Shown in pieces: positions 59,943-64,000 of a DNA stretch of 64,000 nucleotides. The first letter of the stretch is position 1. Every line of letters starts with the position of its first letter. Where the stretch lies: NCBI GenBank assembly GCA_964016885.1, contig OZ024753.1:62001-126000 (forward strand), read 5' to 3'. The notes beneath the pieces were generated by a model, which ran no database searches, was not told the origin of the DNA, and saw nothing but the letters and a program-made list of their open reading frames with translations. The DNA is from Eledone cirrhosa (Eukaryota). A program made the position numbers and the translations under genes.

Positions 59943-61865
59943 TCATCATCATCATCATCGTTTAACGTCCATATTCCACGCTTGCATGGGTTTGGACGGG
60001 AATTTTCCCACTTGAGGCAAGAGTGGTTGTCTTGCTCGCATAGCACTGTCTGGCGGGTTTTCTACAGCTGGATGCCCTTCCTAACACCAACCGCATTTAC
60101 AGTGTGGGACTGAGAGGTTTTTACCGTGTTACCTACACGGCCACATTACTGCGTGGACTGTGTTTTTTTTTTTTGTCGTGACACCTACACGACCTCATTT
60201 GTTTCGGCCTGGATGTTGTGGCACCAACATAACTTTACATTGAAAGGGGCGGTGTGGATGGGGTGGGGGTGTATTTTGTTAGAGGTGCCTACTGACTGTA
60301 GTAGGTTTTACTTTGTATCTAGGTAAGGCGGGTCTTCTCTATTACTGAGTACCGCCAAAGATCTCGGTCCAGTGACATTGTCTTGGAGAGGTGTAAGTGT
60401 GTGAGGTCGGAATTTATCAAGTCGTCCCAGGTTTTTCTGGGTCTGCCTACTCCGTGGCTACCGTCTATCTTTATTGCCCTGCATTTTTTTTATACAGCTG
60501 TCGTCTTTCATCCGCATCACGTGGACCATACCAACGTAGTCTTCTCTCGAGTACACAACATCTGATCCCTCTTATTTCTAATTTTTCCCTTAGTTCGTTT
60601 ATGCTTTGCCGTTCACATATATTACTATTACACATCCAGCGAAGCATGCAAGCTTCGTTCCTCTCTAGTCTGCGTATATCCTCTGCACACAATGCCCAGG
60701 TCTCACTGCCATGCAACATTGCTGTTCATATGCAGGCATCATACAACCTGCCTTTCATTTTTAGGGAGAACCCTTTAGCGGCTAATAGTGGTATAAGCTC
60801 TCTGAACTTTTTCCATCCAGTTCTGACTCTAGCTACTGTACTTTCAGAGCACCCTCCCCCACTGCTGATTTTGTCACCCAGGTAACGGAAGCTGTCCACT
60901 ATTTCTATAGAACCCTCTGCGCAATTGAAAGAGCTAGTATTTTGTGGGCACTTGCTGCTACTTATTGCACCAGAGCACCGGCCACATGTAAAATCTATGT
61001 TCTTAGTTAGCTTACCTGTGATCCCACTACATCTTTTATGAACCCATACTTTGCATTTGGGACATAAAATGGAGTTTCTACCTACGCCTTTCCTACACAC
61101 TGAGCATGGCCATTTCCCGGAAGGGACCGGCGCCTTATTTTCTTTCCTACAAACTAGAACTTTAGTCTTAGCCAGGTTAATTTTAAGGCCTTCTGATTCT
61201 AGGCCTTGCTTCCATGTTTGGAATTTCTTCTCTAGCTCGGCCATTGATTCAGCTATGAGCGTTAGATCATCTGCGTATAGGAGTTCCCATGGGCAGCCGG
61301 TCTTGAACTCCACTGTTATAGCCTGAAGGGCAATAATAAATAGTAGGGGGCTAAGGACGGAGCCCTGATGAACACCAACTTTTACGCTAAACTCTTCACT
61401 ATATTCGTTGTTAATTCTAACCTTGCTGACTGTTTCTTTATACATGGCTCGTATAGCTCTCACAAGCCATTCCTCAACACCTAGTTTTCTAAGAGCCCAC
61501 CAGATAATGGAACGGGGGACTCTGTCGAAGGCTTTCTCCAAGTCAACAAAAGCTAAGTATAGGGGTTTACTTTTAACTAGGTACTTCTCCTGTAGTTGTC
61601 GTACAATGAAAAGAGCGTCTGTGGTACTTTTACCTGACACAAACCCGAACTGCATTTCATCTAGATCAATTCTCTCTCTGATTAGTTGCGCTATTACTTT
61701 TTCCGTGACCTTCATGACCTGGTCGATTAATTTAATGCCTCTATAGTTACTCCTATCTAGGGCATCTCCTTTACCCTTGTAACAGTTAATGATGATGCTG
61801 CTACGCCAGTCCTTCAGAACAACCCCATTCTGTATGACTTGGTTTACTATCCGGGTGACCATTAC
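59939..61865 (-). mobile_element. 5'-truncated RTE LINE (RT with PHD, long 3'UTR), same subfamily as 29841-33345
   Basis: 418-aa minus ORF with full RT motifs and PHD; near-identical UTR; (GAT)n tail. Confidence 0.95.
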
Positions 61866-62332
61866 GTGTATACATCTGAAAATGTATATATGTATGCAAA
61901 GATATAAGTAAACATACATGTATACATATAGATGGACAGTTATGCATATACAATAACTTATTTCTATACATACATATACCACAAGTAAGGCATGGTGCTG
62001 CCAACTAACCAGACCTCCCTCATAATGGACCAGCTAGATCCCAAAATACAGGCCTGCTTGCCAACACACAGTCCCAATAAGTGTAAGTTACAGCGCAGCT
62101 ATCTGGACAGACTTGTCTTAAGACTACACACTATCCCACTACATCTTTTGTATACTATATATATACTGTTTATATATATATATATACTATATATATATAT
62201 ACTGTTTATATATATATATACTATATATATATATACTGTTTATATATATATACACACATATAATTGTGTATTCACACATTATCTTAGTAATGAAATAATT
62301 AATAATTTTAGTAAATTGTTCAAAATTCTTCA

Positions 62333-62572
62333 TTAACCCTTTTGGTAGAAACCCAGCCAAAATTAGTTCTCGTACTATGGAAATGGTTCCTATCTAAATT
62401 AAAGTCTTCCAACAAAATTCTATATAACAACCATATGGTAAGTTACTATGTTAGTAATTAACTAACAATTGTGATAAATAGCTCAAAATTATTCATAATT
62501 AATTGAATTATAAGGTTCATAATTATAATAAAATCTTCAAATAGGCTACGAAACCGGTAAACCTGAAAGGTA
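62333..62572. mobile_element. Degenerate piggyBac-like MITE
   Basis: Starts TTAA|CCCTTT and ends ...gaaagg-ta; internal AT-rich sequence related to ~63590-63745. Confidence 0.45.
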
Positions 62573-62689
62573 CACAACACACACACATTGCTATAGCGTT
62601 TCACCAGCCCCTTCCTTCCTGAATTATTACAGAGATGTGTGTGTATGTAATAATTATTTGTATAATGTGTGTCTATTTATGAATATGTA

Positions 62690-63400
62690 TGAGTAGATGT
62701 GTGTGTGTGTATCACAGTAGATGTGTATGTAACACAGTAGATGTGTATATGTAACAGAGTAGATGTGTGTTTGCATGTAACTCAGTATATGTGTATGTAA
62801 CTCAGTAGATGTGTGTGTGTAACACGGTAGATGTGTGTGTGTAACACGGTTGATGTGTGTATGTAACACGGTAGATGTGTGTGTGTAACACGGTAGATGT
62901 GTGTATGTAACAGTAGATGTGTATGTATGTAACACAGTAGATGTGTATGTATGTAACACAGTAGATGTGTGTATGTAACACAGTACATGTGTGTGTATGT
63001 AACTCAGTAGATGTGTGTGTATGTAACTCAGTAGATGTGTGTATGTAACACAGTAGATTGTGTGTATGTAACATAGAAGATGTGTGTAACACAGTAGATG
63101 TGTGTGTATGTAACACAGTAGATCTGTGTGTATGTAACTCAGTAGATGTGTGTGTATGTAACACAGGTGTGTGTATGTAACACAGTAGATGTGTGTATGT
63201 AACATAGTAGATGTGTGTGTAACACAGTAGATGTGTATGTAACGCAGTAGATGTGTGTGTATGTAACACAGTAGATGTGTGTGTAACACAGTAGATGTGT
63301 ATGTAACGCAGTAGATGTGTGTGTATATAACCCAGTTGATGTGTGTGTATGTAACACAGTAGATGTGTGTATGTAACATAGTATATGTGTATGTAACTAA
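62690..63400. repeat. Minisatellite, ~18-24-bp unit atgtaacacagtagatgtgtgtgt
   Basis: About 30 variant copies differing in TG count. Confidence 0.95.
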
Positions 63401-63760
63401 AGTGTAACGTACGTTACAAATGGACGACAAAATGATTTTAACTTGTTTTTTAACAATTGATGGTGGAAAAGATTTTAAATTGTCTTAACTCAGACCATAA
63501 AGGGCCGCAACACATGGAGTCTGACACTCTTACCGGCTACATAGCCTGGGCGTCTATTTTACCGCGACCGGCTACATTGCATCTTCCTAAAATCTTCCAA
63601 CATAATTTTATACAAGAACCACATGTTAAGTTACTAATAAAATAATTAATAAATAAAAACATTAGTAAGTCCTTCAAATGATATCTCAGTAATGAAATAA
63701 TTAATAATTGTTATAAATACCTCAAAATTCCTCATTAATTAAACCTCATTAATTAATTAA

Positions 63761-64000
63761 GCCGCTGAAAAGTGCAACAGATGCCCTCTTCTTAGTGAGA
63801 CAACTACAAAAGAGGTTCTTAGAGAAAAATAAGCCACTATACTTAGCTTTGGACATAGAGAAGGCTTTTGATAGAGAACTCTTATAAATGACAACATATA
63901 TATATGTGTGTGTATATATATGTTTTTTTTAAAACTATATATTTATTACTCCCTTAAGCAGAAGAAATATATTCCCAGATATCGAAGATTACCACAATAA
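63761..64000 (+). repeat. Start of a third copy of the duplicated segment (matches ~44985-45224 and 53966-54205)
   Basis: gccgctgaaaagtgcaacagatgccc...cagatatcgaagattaccacaataa. Confidence 0.93.

Noticed and set aside
62690-63400. CRISPR-like periodic array
   Set aside because: No unique spacers and no cas genes; simple minisatellite in eukaryotic DNA

Overview
Repeat-saturated, AT-rich animal genomic DNA with no recognisable host gene, rRNA, intact tRNA or CRISPR. The mix of RTE LINEs, tRNA-SINEs and TA/TG microsatellites suggests a cephalopod (Octopus-like) genome; this is an inference from recalled repeat families. Main parts: (1) a ~19.8 kb tandem macrosatellite (2384-22223) of 5.4 units of ~3.64 kb, built from RTE fragments and organised as a 7284-bp A/B higher-order dimer; (2) decayed DNA-transposon and LTR remnants (pogo/Tigger, Merlin, Gypsy integrase, MITEs) at 24.4-29.5 kb; (3) many RTE-clade LINEs whose RT carries an inserted C4HC3 PHD finger, including a young 5'-truncated copy with an uninterrupted ~918-codon frame (49364-52120) whose empty target site is present in a paralogous segment; (4) a tandem segmental duplication (~43.7-53.0 kb / 53.0-58.8 kb, third copy starting at 63761) carrying a GC-rich CRE-clade retrotransposon relic, SINEs and an internally deleted RTE; (5) a CR1-group LINE, two Penelope-type minimal hammerhead ribozyme motifs sharing a variant CCGAUGA core, a tRNA-like foldback element and minisatellites. 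Coordinates were read by eye and may be off by a few bases.
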